Shown here: piece by piece, positions 49,096 to 58,468 of the stretch
Numbering within the stretch: the first letter of the stretch is position 1
Layout of the letters: each line of letters opens with the position of its first letter
Virus genome (UHGV): UHGV-0175639
Source: a virus
Length of the DNA stretch: 64,000 bases
Strand: one strand, 5' to 3'
The notes under the pieces: model-generated
The model's input: the letters and a program-made list of their open reading frames with translations, nothing else
The model's database searches: none
Told to the model about the DNA's origin: nothing
Translations under genes and position numbers: made by a program

Positions 49096-50358
49096 ATGCC
49101 TTTTTTAATTTTCATTATTATACTACTGCTCACCGTTATTTTTTGGGATTGGGTTGTTTTAAATGGTCAAACTGTTGGAACATTGGCTACAGCATTTGCT
49201 TTTATAGCAACAGCATGGAATGCCTACGAAGCGAGAAAAAGTGCAAAAGCAGCTTTTTCAGCCCTTCAATTAACAACTGAATCATTGTTCGAAATGCGAA
49301 AGAGTGCATTTAAACAATGGTTTGATTCCTTATTAAATCAACATGATGCGTTATGTCTTCTTGCAAAACAAATTATCGATAAACACAAAATTAATTTAAA
49401 CAGCGATGAGTTACATAGACTCTATTACCCATTGGTAAAACAGCATGAGGTAATACAGTATGTGAAGCATATTATTAATATATTTGAGTATGTGGATAGT
49501 TCATTTTATATTGATGGGGAATGTCTCAAGGAAAAAAGAGCGTATGTATCACAATTAATTTTTAAAATCCCACCTCAGATGAAGTTGATCATTGCTATCT
49601 TTGGATTAAAAATCGATTATTGTGAACATATTAATTCGGAAAAACTGTGTTGTTTATTGAATAAATATGATTTTTTCAATGATGAAATATTTTTTGATGA
49701 TGCTTATTCAAATATGCCTTATCTGGATACATTCATAAACCTTAGATTCAATAAAATATTCAAATCTCGAATGATAAATTATTTTGATAATATCATTAAA
49801 AGTTATTATGTTCCATCGGACGTTAAAAGGGACTGGATGTTTCGACGCCCACAGCTCGTACCGTCGGTTCTTATGAATTATAAAACTCCTTGTTCTCCTA
49901 TAATTAATGATTACTTTGAGAAGTTGCCTTTACATGTAAGAAACTACTTTGAGGAACAACTTAAAACCGCGAATGATAGAGTTACTCATTTTGACGTTTA
50001 CATCCCACGCCTTATTGGTTGTTCAATCGTGCAACATTACGAAGATGTGCCTTCCGAAAAAAACAGGTTAAATGACAGGAATGATGTAATAGCTATGGCT
50101 GAAGATTACATCGAGAAAAGAAAATCTAATCAACTAGATTACATACTTGAAGATATATACTTCAAGAGTGACGAAGATATAATCCCAGGCCACCATTTGA
50201 TTGTGGCATTTGATGACTATGAATTTAAATTATCACTCATTAAGATAAATGAGAATAAAGATAGCGATAATCTTTTAAATCGAATTTATACTGAATCCAG
50301 TAGCATGGTTAAAGAATATAAGCGCGAAATATTAAAACTGGGCGACTATGTAAAGTAA
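49096..50358 (+). CDS. membrane-anchored protein, 420 aa, unknown function
   Basis: Two N-terminal TM helices then a long soluble domain; conspicuously AT-rich by eye; own terminator. Confidence 0.6.
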   Translation: MPFLIFIIILLLTVIFWDWVVLNGQTVGTLATAFAFIATAWNAYEARKSAKAAFSALQLTTESLFEMRKSAFKQWFDSLLNQHDALCLLAKQIIDKHKINLNSDELHRLYYPLVKQHEVIQYVKHIINIFEYVDSSFYIDGECLKEKRAYVSQLIFKIPPQMKLIIAIFGLKIDYCEHINSEKLCCLLNKYDFFNDEIFFDDAYSNMPYLDTFINLRFNKIFKSRMINYFDNIIKSYYVPSDVKRDWMFRRPQLVPSVLMNYKTPCSPIINDYFEKLPLHVRNYFEEQLKTANDRVTHFDVYIPRLIGCSIVQHYEDVPSEKNRLNDRNDVIAMAEDYIEKRKSNQLDYILEDIYFKSDEDIIPGHHLIVAFDDYEFKLSLIKINENKDSDNLLNRIYTESSSMVKEYKREILKLGDYVK

Positions 50359-50376
50359 ATTGCACTGTTCAACAAA

Positions 50377-50397
50377 AAAGGGGCCGAAGCCCCTTTG
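50377..50397. terminator. hairpin AAAGGGGC-CGAA-GCCCCTTTG with flanking A and T runs
   Basis: Textbook intrinsic terminator, usable in both directions. Confidence 0.65.
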
Positions 50398-50470
50398 AAT
50401 TTTGCGCTGAAAAAAGTGTTGCTAAGATGTTAGCAAGCTATGGTTAAGAACGTCTGCCGTAATTATCTAT

Positions 50471-50548
50471 CACAGCGTTGAGCGGTCTGGTTTATGTTAG
50501 CGGAGTCTTAATCGAGTTGATTAAAAGGCCAAACCGCTCAACGCTGTG
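50471..50548. other. long inverted repeat (about 20-bp stem CACAGCGTTGAGCGGTCTGG, 38-nt loop) abutting the tRNA-Ser 3' end
   Basis: Arms at 50471-50490 and 50529-50548; related stem at 51341-51464 on the other side of the tRNA cluster. Confidence 0.45.
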
Positions 50549-50549
50549 T

Positions 50550-50636
50550 CTGGCGGAGAGTAATGGAATCGAACCATCATCGTTTGCACAATGGAACGGT
50601 TTTCAAGACCGCTTGAGCACCATGCTCCCTACTCTC
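50550..50636 (-). tRNA. tRNA-Ser (anticodon UGA), long variable arm, CCA encoded
   Basis: Manual fold: acceptor GGAGAGU/ACUCUCC, anticodon loop CUUGAAA, T-loop GGTTCGATTCC. Confidence 0.65.
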
Positions 50637-50827
50637 CAGCTATTGTGATGGTCGGTACTGAACTCCGACACAGGGTTGTAGCAAGCCCCGCAAAGCGCGC
50701 ACTACTGTAGTTGCGGCACATCAGCCTGTGCATTCATCACAACGGTAAGAGCACTGGTCTGACTCTATCGATTTACGGCCTTGTGGGTCAGTATCGCCGA
50801 TTCGCCCAATGCTCTTACCTGTTGTGT

Positions 50828-50903
50828 TGGTGCCGGTTAACGGACTTGAACCGCTGGCCATTCGCTTACAAAGCGACTGCTCTACCAACTGAGCTAAACC
50901 GGC
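50828..50903 (-). tRNA. tRNA-Thr (anticodon UGU), CCA encoded
   Basis: Manual fold: acceptor GCCGGUU/AACCGGC, D-arm AGCTCAGTTGGTAGAGC, anticodon loop UUUGUAA. Confidence 0.6.
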
Positions 50904-50907
50904 AATT

Positions 50908-50994
50908 TGGTGGGGAGTGATGGAGTCGAACCACCCGAGTCGCCATGACAGTAGATTTACAGTCTACACCGCTACCTCTACGGACTAACTCCCC
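50908..50994 (-). tRNA. tRNA-Tyr (anticodon GUA), long variable arm, CCA encoded
   Basis: Manual fold: acceptor GGGGAGU/ACUCCCC, anticodon stem-loop GUAGA-CUGUAAA-UCUAC. Confidence 0.6.
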
Positions 50995-50999
50995 TAAAT

Positions 51000-51074
51000 T
51001 GGCGATGGTGGGTGGATTCGAACCACCGACCAGTTGGTTAACAGCCAACTGCTCTACCGCTGAGCTACACCATC
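51000..51074 (-). tRNA. tRNA-Asn (anticodon GUU), CCA encoded
   Basis: Manual fold: acceptor GAUGGUG/CACCAUC, anticodon stem-loop GUUGG-CUGUUAA-CCAAC, T-loop GGTTCGAATCC. Confidence 0.65.
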
Positions 51075-51852
51075 AATTCAGCACTGCCAGTATTTATTAC
51101 TCAACAGTGCCAATCGCGACGGTTTAGTTTCTGCCAGGAAACGCACCGCTACTTGCACTTTTCGTTAGTGCCAGACGCTTTCGACTTCGCTCAATAGTAG
51201 AAGGCAAAATCTTTAAGTAGATGATGTTTCTGAGGACAGCACCTACTTTGTAATTTATACTATGTGATGTATGGAATCATTTGTTGTGAAAACAGGCACC
51301 AATGGCAACAGTGGTTAAACCTACACAACAATCCCGTCTTCACAACGTTGAGGCCACTACTCCGATTGAATGTTTGCCCAACATGTTACATATCAACGTT
51401 CGCCGGTATCTCTGTGAATAGAACCTTAGAATTGATAAAAATGTAATGGCCTCAACGTTGTGTGCTGGCTAACCATACCAGCCGGGCTACGTCGCCGCTT
51501 TTTAACCCAGTATAAACGACATAATTGAACAAAATGACGTAACAGGATGGGCGGTCAGTGGCTAAGAATCCGGGAGTCATATGGAGTTGAAAATATACCA
51601 ACCGCCCATTCTGTTACTTCATCGGAGGGAACATGAATGTTCCCTCCTGCGTTCTGCAATCACACTCGCTCAGTGTGTCCCATTTCGGTAACGAGGCTGG
51701 AAACTGACCTCGCTGGTGTTTGGCTTATTAGGCTACTGCCAGATAGACTTCTTCGTTTGCACTTGTATTTAAGTTCAAACAGTCGCGTCTCAACGAAAAC
51801 AAAGTCATCTTATACACAAAAGATAAGTAAGTAAATACTTATCAATATGTTT

Positions 51853-52143
51853 TTATTCGGTTGTGACTTTTTTGATCAAGGCCACTCTACGACTAGGTGT
51901 TCTTGTAATGGTGGCAGTGAATCGTTTCGCTTGGATAGTAATGGTTTCGTTCTCCTTAAGTTGCCCGTAGCGAATTTCCACCAGGGTGCCAAGACGCCAC
52001 AGACCATCATCGATACGTTTATGACTAGCAAATTTAATCAGCAACAGTTTTACGACTAACTGACCTACGTAAAAGGCGAATGCGACTCCGGCCGCTAAGA
52101 AATAGGTGGCCAACCACCAGTTCCAAGAAGTCAAATTGATCAT
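51853..52143 (-). CDS. small membrane protein, 96 aa
   Basis: N-terminal TM helix; ATGA coupling with the upstream mini-gene. Confidence 0.45.
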   Translation of the reverse strand: MINLTSWNWWLATYFLAAGVAFAFYVGQLVVKLLLIKFASHKRIDDGLWRLGTLVEIRYGQLKENETITIQAKRFTATITRTPSRRVALIKKVTTE

Positions 52144-52292
52144 TTTTTCACCTTTGTTTCATGAACTACCCGATACACACGCTTTCCGATGCACAGTGTT
52201 TTGGTTTTAAGTTCCTGCTTAATTAAATCACGACAGATGCCGAAGCCGATAAGGAAGCCACCCATAAAAGCTAATGAGATGTATGGAATCAT
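52140..52292 (-). CDS. small membrane protein, 50 aa
   Basis: MIPYISLAFMGGFLIGFGIC...; translationally coupled on both sides. Confidence 0.35.
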   Translation of the reverse strand: MIPYISLAFMGGFLIGFGICRDLIKQELKTKTLCIGKRVYRVVHETKVKK

Positions 52293-52504
52293 TTTAACAC
52301 TCCTGATTCTACTAATTGCTGTAGCAATACTTTCCCTTTATCAGTTAACTGGTAGTTGGCCGAACACCACGTTTCAGAAACGTTTGCAACCAACCCTAAA
52401 CGCTCTAACTTAGCTCGCGTTTTAGGCTTCCAGTACTCAGGGAACTCCGGCCACTTACTGATTTCATGAAGCGTTTCCTTCTCCCGTTTACTTAATACGA
52501 TCAT
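52289..52504 (-). CDS. hypothetical protein, 71 aa
   Basis: ORF coupled to neighbours. Confidence 0.45.
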   Translation of the reverse strand: MIVLSKREKETLHEISKWPEFPEYWKPKTRAKLERLGLVANVSETWCSANYQLTDKGKVLLQQLVESGVLK

Positions 52505-52667
52505 CCTTAATCTCCTTCACGGTGTTGGTTATTTCTACAATGCGATAAATACGACCGCGTCTTTCTATAACACCGCTTTTAATGTAGTCATTGATGCAAC
52601 TGGACATCACCACAATACCTATGAAAAAACCAACTGCTAAAAATGCAATCATCCAACCGAGCATCAT
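52488..52667 (-). CDS. small membrane protein, 59 aa
   Basis: MMLGWMIAFLAVGFFIGIVV...; start overlaps the ligase stop. Confidence 0.35.
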   Translation of the reverse strand: MMLGWMIAFLAVGFFIGIVVMSSCINDYIKSGVIERRGRIYRIVEITNTVKEIKDDRIK

Positions 52668-53985
52668 TCTTTATCTCCGATTCGATCTTCTGTATCGCGT
52701 AAGCAACGCGGCCATTTCAGTCGTGGGTGGCGTAAGCTGCCATCCGGCGTTTTCTCGTGACAATGAACCTCGACAATACGACCACGGTACTTCTCTTTGT
52801 TGTTCCAGATCTCGTCCAGATATTTATGCTTAATGCCGCTCGCACGAACAATCACACCGTTTTCAAGGCGAATAACAATTTTTCCAAGCGTGTTGGCAAA
52901 ACCAGAGTCCGGATCGCCCGGCTCAAAGTCGATAATTTCACCATCTTCTGAATCTTCGTCTTTTAACTTCCACCAGCTGCGGGTACGTTTAAACTCGTAA
53001 ACAGAGTTCGGATCTTTGCCCATCTCCCCTTCTTCGTTATCGTCCAGGCGTTTCATGAAGCGTTCGATGAAGTCTTCGTGGCTATGGATGATATAGAACG
53101 GATGCAGGTGAATGTCTTGTGTGTAGCCTTCACTGCGATCGTTTTTGAACAACGCCACCAGCATAGCCAGGCGCTCTTTCAGCTTCATACCTGTCTTTGC
53201 ATACTCTTTGGATTTAGCCTGTGCTCGCCATTCCGGTAGGAAGAAGTCGAAAATATGATAAATAGCGCCAATTGCCTGCACGTTCTTTTTGCGCAATGCA
53301 GATACGGACTGGTTAAATGAACCGGCTGTGCCTTCACCATCGAAGAAGATGTGTTTGTGGCCTGAAAGTTTGCCTAATTCGAGCATGGCTGGCTTTAGGT
53401 GATCGAGAGACGTGATTGGATTACCAGTACGAGAAAGGAAGTTAACCTCTTCTTCGTCAACAATAACCTCGCAAATTACTCGCAAACCATCGAGCTTAAG
53501 GCTGCCAATCATCGGCCATTTTGCTTTAGGATTTGGCTTGAAGGGGTATTTGTCGCCTTTTCTTTATACGGTGACGCCAGCTGCACCTCGAATTTCGGAA
53601 TGGGATTTTCAAAAACCTTGTTGCATAGGCTAATCCCAACACCCGCTTTCGGGTCTTTTAAGAGGAAACGACGGAACACGTCCTGCCCATCGGCGCACAT
53701 TGACGCCACGATAGACTCAACAGCAGCTATTGCTGCGTTCCCCGTTAGCTCGCGAGAGGCCAGCTTATTCAGTACATCAATGGCTTTTTCGTCACTTGGG
53801 ATGGACTCACTAAGCGGCTCTGCCACTTTGTATTTCTTTACCCCAAAACGGATGAAAGGGTTGAGCATCAATGAAACCATGCTTTGCTCGAAGTCATCCA
53901 TGTTGGCCAATGCCTCTTTTTTTGCATTGGTTCCCATAGCTTTCATTTCGTCCAGCTTATGCTTAAGTGCGATCAACTTTTTCAT
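52664..53985 (-). pseudogene. ATP-dependent DNA ligase (T4-like), reading frame broken by a 1-nt shift in an A4 run
   Basis: N-terminal ORF aligns to T4 ligase up to YKEK; the KxDGxR adenylation motif (SLKLDGLR) lies in the next ORF in the -1 frame; shift maps to the T4 run at 53558-53561 (plus strand). Confidence 0.7.
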
Positions 53986-54452
53986 TGTTGTTTTACCTCC
54001 ATATGTTGATCGATTTGCTCATGTGTTTCTTTTGTTGTTTCTTCAAGCAACGCCGCATACACGTCAGTGATCGCTGTTTGTGATGTGGTGCTCTTCTTAA
54101 CCATGCTATTAATCGTTACACTGTCACGTTTTCGTTTTAAAGTTCTGGCTTGTTTATTCCGTTCTTCAACCTCCTTAATGAGCGCGGTCATATCTTCGAA
54201 ATACAGAGATTCTCCTTTACGAATCTCTTCAACCATCATTTTTAACGCCTTGCATTTGCCTGCTTTGATAGCGGTTGCGCACGACTGGAATGAAGTTCGA
54301 GGAAGACGGTTTTCTTTGAAGGCAAGAATGGTGTGCTGGCAAACGGAGTAGCTGCAATATGCCGACTCACCGTTTATCTTTACTTCCTCACAACGAAGTG
54401 AATAACCGTTATTTCCTGAAATAGAAGGGATTTTTGACAAATCAGCTTTCAC
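53982..54452 (-). CDS. hypothetical Cys-rich protein, 156 aa
   Basis: ORF only. Confidence 0.5.
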   Translation of the reverse strand: MKADLSKIPSISGNNGYSLRCEEVKINGESAYCSYSVCQHTILAFKENRLPRTSFQSCATAIKAGKCKALKMMVEEIRKGESLYFEDMTALIKEVEERNKQARTLKRKRDSVTINSMVKKSTTSQTAITDVYAALLEETTKETHEQIDQHMEVKQQ

Positions 54453-54519
54453 AATTACCGCCAGAAATAATCTTGTGCTTACCTATCATTGTTTGCGTAA
54501 AAAACGACACACAGAGAGC

Positions 54520-55296
54520 TTACCAACTTCCCCAGCTAATCATCTTGCGCTGATCGCTTTCTAAGCGATAAGGGGCAAGAAGCTCTGTGACATGATTGGT
54601 GGCGTATGATTTAGCCTCTTGTTTAATCATCGGTAATTCGTTAGCAATCCTGACCATCTTCCCAGTAAATTCCGCCATTACGCCATCACAAGCCTTCCCC
54701 GCATCTACAACGATATGCACAAGATCCAACTGGCTTTTGCACATATCCCAAAGAGACGCGTATTCACTCTCTCTGATTACATTTACGGCACTATTAGCCC
54801 CTTTATTAATCAAAACTTCCAACAGATTTTTCGGGGTAACGAAATCTGCTTTCAGAGATAATGTCTTTTCACCACTTATCGAACGCAAGTACTCTTCGTA
54901 GTTATTCTTCATCAAACCGCTGCTGCGCATTGCTAGAACTGCTTCTTGAATGGCCGCTTCAATAGTTTCGTCGTTTGAAAGACAAAAAACGGTATTTGTG
55001 TAGATCACTCTGCCATCAAGCCATGCTCCAACCTGCACTTTAAGACTGAGCGGGTTTTCTTTGCTAATAAAAACAACTAATGCAGAACGCCGTGCACAAG
55101 AAGGTTCGCCCCATACGTGTAACTCAACTTTCAGATAAGGCAACCCTGGTAGCGGGATCTCGTCCATACGAGCAGCGATATGATTCATTGCTGTATTGAC
55201 GGCCTTTCCAATGATGTCTAGTCGACTGCCCTCGCTGATTTCTAAACCTGTTTTATCAATGATGTCACAGGCCAATTTCTGAATTTCGTCTTTCAT
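54520..55296 (-). CDS. hypothetical protein, 258 aa
   Basis: ORF only. Confidence 0.5.
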   Translation of the reverse strand: MKDEIQKLACDIIDKTGLEISEGSRLDIIGKAVNTAMNHIAARMDEIPLPGLPYLKVELHVWGEPSCARRSALVVFISKENPLSLKVQVGAWLDGRVIYTNTVFCLSNDETIEAAIQEAVLAMRSSGLMKNNYEEYLRSISGEKTLSLKADFVTPKNLLEVLINKGANSAVNVIRESEYASLWDMCKSQLDLVHIVVDAGKACDGVMAEFTGKMVRIANELPMIKQEAKSYATNHVTELLAPYRLESDQRKMISWGSW

Positions 55297-55421
55297 ACCA
55301 ACTCCTAGCTAACAGATGAAAGTATTCTTACAAAAAACTAAGTATGTATCTACTTATCATTTTAGGCGCAATAGTTCCCTATACGAAGATGCCGGGCTTA
55401 TAGTCTGCCCGGCATTCACCA

Positions 55422-55835
55422 TTAATGAGCTACAGCCTCACTGTTGCACATCTTTCTGTAGACCTGCTTATAACGCTGTAAGTCATGAGGATCATTAGGT
55501 GCCAACGACTTCGATAGGATTTTGTATACCACCCCTTTCGAAAACATGCCCTTTGGCTTCATTTCGAGTTCAACAACATATGAGTGATAGCCCACGTATG
55601 CACCAAAGCCATTTTTGGCGTTCAATTCTCCGCACACAAAGCCTGTCACACTCCCATCGTCATGATCAGTCCTGACAAACTTATCTTTCCTAAACATCAC
55701 CGACGTGGGATCTTTCATATCATCCGCAATTGCTTGTTGGCCCAGAGCAATAGCCTTCTCGTCTGTAGGCTTACACCCCACTAAAGCAAACAAAGACAAT
55801 AAAGCTCCTGTTAAAATCAGCTTATTTTTGCTCAT
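55422..55835 (-). CDS. lipoprotein, 137 aa
   Basis: Signal peptide with lipobox LVGC; hairpin terminator downstream at 55391-55413. Confidence 0.55.
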   Translation of the reverse strand: MSKNKLILTGALLSLFALVGCKPTDEKAIALGQQAIADDMKDPTSVMFRKDKFVRTDHDDGSVTGFVCGELNAKNGFGAYVGYHSYVVELEMKPKGMFSKGVVYKILSKSLAPNDPHDLQRYKQVYRKMCNSEAVAH

Positions 55836-56068
55836 GTTGGCTTCCCTTTATTTATATTTATCGCAGGTATTAGTTAATCAAAACACGAGCAGTGCCACAA
55901 TAATTAAATGGCGTACTATTTCTTATGGTTATTAGTTTCCTAGTAACTTTACCGACCATAAACTAAATCAACAAAGCTGACATATTAACTAAATTTAAGT
56001 ACCCTTTTTCGCACACTTGACGCTTGCCGCGTCTAAACTGTTCATCCTATATCAACAGAACAAAAAAT

Positions 56069-57214
56069 ATGAAATACATAAAATCTTCATCGTTGCTGGC
56101 ATTAACTTTGCTTTTTAGCTCTGGATTCGTTAACGCAGACAATAAACAAACGCTGATAGAAGCCGCTACCGCAGGGGATACCGCAGCACAAAGTGAGTTA
56201 GGGACAAATTATTTTGATGGTATCAATGGTTTTGATAAGGATGTAGTTGAGGCCAAGAAGTGGATTGATCTCGCTGCAGAAAAGGGAGACAAAGTAGCAT
56301 ATTATGCACTTGGGGTTATGTACACATTTGGCGAGGGTGTAGATAAAGACCTAAATAAAGCTGTTGAGTACTACAAACTTGCGGGGGATGCTCGTGAAGG
56401 TAGAGCCTACAACAATCTTGGTGCTATTTATCAAAAGGGGTTGCTTGGTAAAGTAGATCATGCACTCGCCATTAAATACTTCAAACTAGCCTCTGATGCC
56501 GGGTATGTTAAAGCAACTTCAGTTCTTGGGGCGTATTACCAATATGGTAAAGGCGTTAAAAAGAATTATAAAAAGGCTTTTACTTATTACAAAAAGGCGG
56601 CAGACCAAGGCAGTTCAGAAGCTATGATAGGATTAGGAATACTATACGATGATGGGTTAGGCGTTAAACGCAATGATGCAGAAGCAGTTAAGTGGTATAA
56701 AAAGGCAGCGGAACTTGGAAACGCCGACGCCATAACCAATCTTGGCATTATGTATGAGAATGGGGAAGGTGTAAAAAAGGACTATAAAAAAGCAGCCGAC
56801 CTTTATCAGACTGCTTGCGATAAAGGAGAAAAAAGAGGCTGCGATTACATTGCAGAACTGAAAGAAAGCGGCAAATATCGAGCGCCGGCTTCCAAAGCCA
56901 AAACAAAATCCGCCACCCAGCGACTTATTGCTAAATCCATTGATAAGGGCGTTAACGCTACATTTACCTGGCAGGGTGATGATGCTACCTTCACCGCTAA
57001 TGATGGCAAAGTTGACTGCACATTCCTGAAGGATTTTTCAGAGAAAGGAGGCAATCTGGCTACCTCGTTTGTTTGCACAGATAACGTTCAAATCATCCTG
57101 AAGCAATTCAGAGATACCAAAAATGCCTACCTCGCGGTAATGACTGACAACTTCAATACTGAAGTTAAATCATTTTCGGTCAATGTGTATGTGACTAATA
57201 CTGGTTCAAACTAA
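56069..57214 (+). CDS. secreted Sel1-like repeat protein
   Basis: Signal peptide MKYIKSSSLLALTLLFSSGFVNA; at least six Sel1-type repeats followed by a C-terminal domain of about 120 aa; AT-rich by eye. Confidence 0.7.
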   Translation: MKYIKSSSLLALTLLFSSGFVNADNKQTLIEAATAGDTAAQSELGTNYFDGINGFDKDVVEAKKWIDLAAEKGDKVAYYALGVMYTFGEGVDKDLNKAVEYYKLAGDAREGRAYNNLGAIYQKGLLGKVDHALAIKYFKLASDAGYVKATSVLGAYYQYGKGVKKNYKKAFTYYKKAADQGSSEAMIGLGILYDDGLGVKRNDAEAVKWYKKAAELGNADAITNLGIMYENGEGVKKDYKKAADLYQTACDKGEKRGCDYIAELKESGKYRAPASKAKTKSATQRLIAKSIDKGVNATFTWQGDDATFTANDGKVDCTFLKDFSEKGGNLATSFVCTDNVQIILKQFRDTKNAYLAVMTDNFNTEVKSFSVNVYVTNTGSN

Positions 57215-58387
57215 TGCAGCTATGCCTTTTACCTTGCTTAAAAGTTCAAGCTGTCGTGAGTAAGGTTTTGCGCAATAGTAGGCTTTGATAATCTGCCCCG
57301 GGGTCGCATCGCCGGGGTCGAGTCCTTCCTCGCCCAAACATGCAATTTTCACATTAAGACCAATACTGCTCAGTCGCCTGGCTGCGGCCATAGTGTTGCG
57401 TATAGCCTGCTTTTCACTATCCCACATCATAATCACATTACGTAGCCCACGCGCCTTGAGCGTCAGGAACGCGCCCAGCTGATCTTCTGCATCCTGAGTG
57501 GTGTTACCAGATAGATGCATCCCGAACGTTCCTATTGGTTCCACGTAATCACGTAATGTTTCTTCGTCAAAAATAGCTCGTTTGACCCCCATAACATCGA
57601 ACGCCCCCTCACAGACAACTACAGTCTGTTTGCCGACTGCATTATGGCCGTTGTAGAGAAACCTACCTGAAGCTGGAAGCTGCATAGGAAAGAGGTAGCG
57701 ACGTTCTGCTGCACCGGTAATGTCACGCCCCTGGAAGGTCTTCATCACGCCATCCAGATCGTAAACCGGTATCAGGATGCGCATATCAAACACCTGCCCT
57801 TTGACCTGGTCTGTGTACGGATCGACGTATGCGTGCTTGCCTTCGACGCAGTAACGCAGATCAAAGTATTTGGCCAGATCCGGGGAGATATGGCGCTCCA
57901 CCAGATAATCAGGAAGACGACCGTCAATGGGGAGTTCGTAATGTCGAGGGAGAGCTACTGGCCCTTCGAGTTCAACCTTGCTGGCCAGCACGACCTCTTC
58001 CTTCTTCGGCGCCCATCCTTGTGAGATCAGCGCGTTCTGCACATATTCCTCGAACTGTCGTCGTGATTTACCGCTGTAGTGCTTGAGGAAGATCAGCTTA
58101 TTGAACTGAATCTCTTCGGGATGATCACCAGCAAAGCATTTGCCGACGCCACTGGTCAGATTGAAATATACCTTCCAGTTGGAGCTGCCACATACCGGAC
58201 ACTCCTTGATATTCACTTCACGACCGCGAGCACTCACGCCTCCACGTCGATAAACGATACCTTCAGTGTCCAACCATTGTTCAAAATCTAATTCGGTAAT
58301 TAGCTCTTTCAGCTCGCTCACGATAATTCCACTTTTAATAGGCAATATTGTGACCAACCTAAATGTTGATATAATATAAAGGTTCAT
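57206..58387 (-). CDS. DNA primase (zinc ribbon plus TOPRIM)
   Basis: CPVCGSS zinc motif and TOPRIM-like VVVCEGAFD; start set at the conserved leader. Confidence 0.7.
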   Translation of the reverse strand: MNLYIISTFRLVTILPIKSGIIVSELKELITELDFEQWLDTEGIVYRRGGVSARGREVNIKECPVCGSSNWKVYFNLTSGVGKCFAGDHPEEIQFNKLIFLKHYSGKSRRQFEEYVQNALISQGWAPKKEEVVLASKVELEGPVALPRHYELPIDGRLPDYLVERHISPDLAKYFDLRYCVEGKHAYVDPYTDQVKGQVFDMRILIPVYDLDGVMKTFQGRDITGAAERRYLFPMQLPASGRFLYNGHNAVGKQTVVVCEGAFDVMGVKRAIFDEETLRDYVEPIGTFGMHLSGNTTQDAEDQLGAFLTLKARGLRNVIMMWDSEKQAIRNTMAAARRLSSIGLNVKIACLGEEGLDPGDATPGQIIKAYYCAKPYSRQLELLSKVKGIAALV

Positions 58388-58468
58388 GTGTTTTTCTTTT
58401 GTGGTTTGGCAAAAGAAAAGTTGTTTCACCAATGAATCAAGCGTGGAGGTGTTCTCCACGCTTATTTT

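Noticed and set aside
50640-50827. Two additional tRNA genes in the gap of the tRNA cluster
   Set aside because: Could not fold a canonical cloverleaf by hand; the only strong structure is a 9-bp stem without a T-loop or CCA context. Left uncalled pending a tRNA scanner.
51341-51464. Invertible DNA switch flanked by 16-bp inverted repeats
   Set aside because: The enclosed segment is only about 90 bp, with no promoter or invertase gene beside it; an RNA stem or terminator is more likely.
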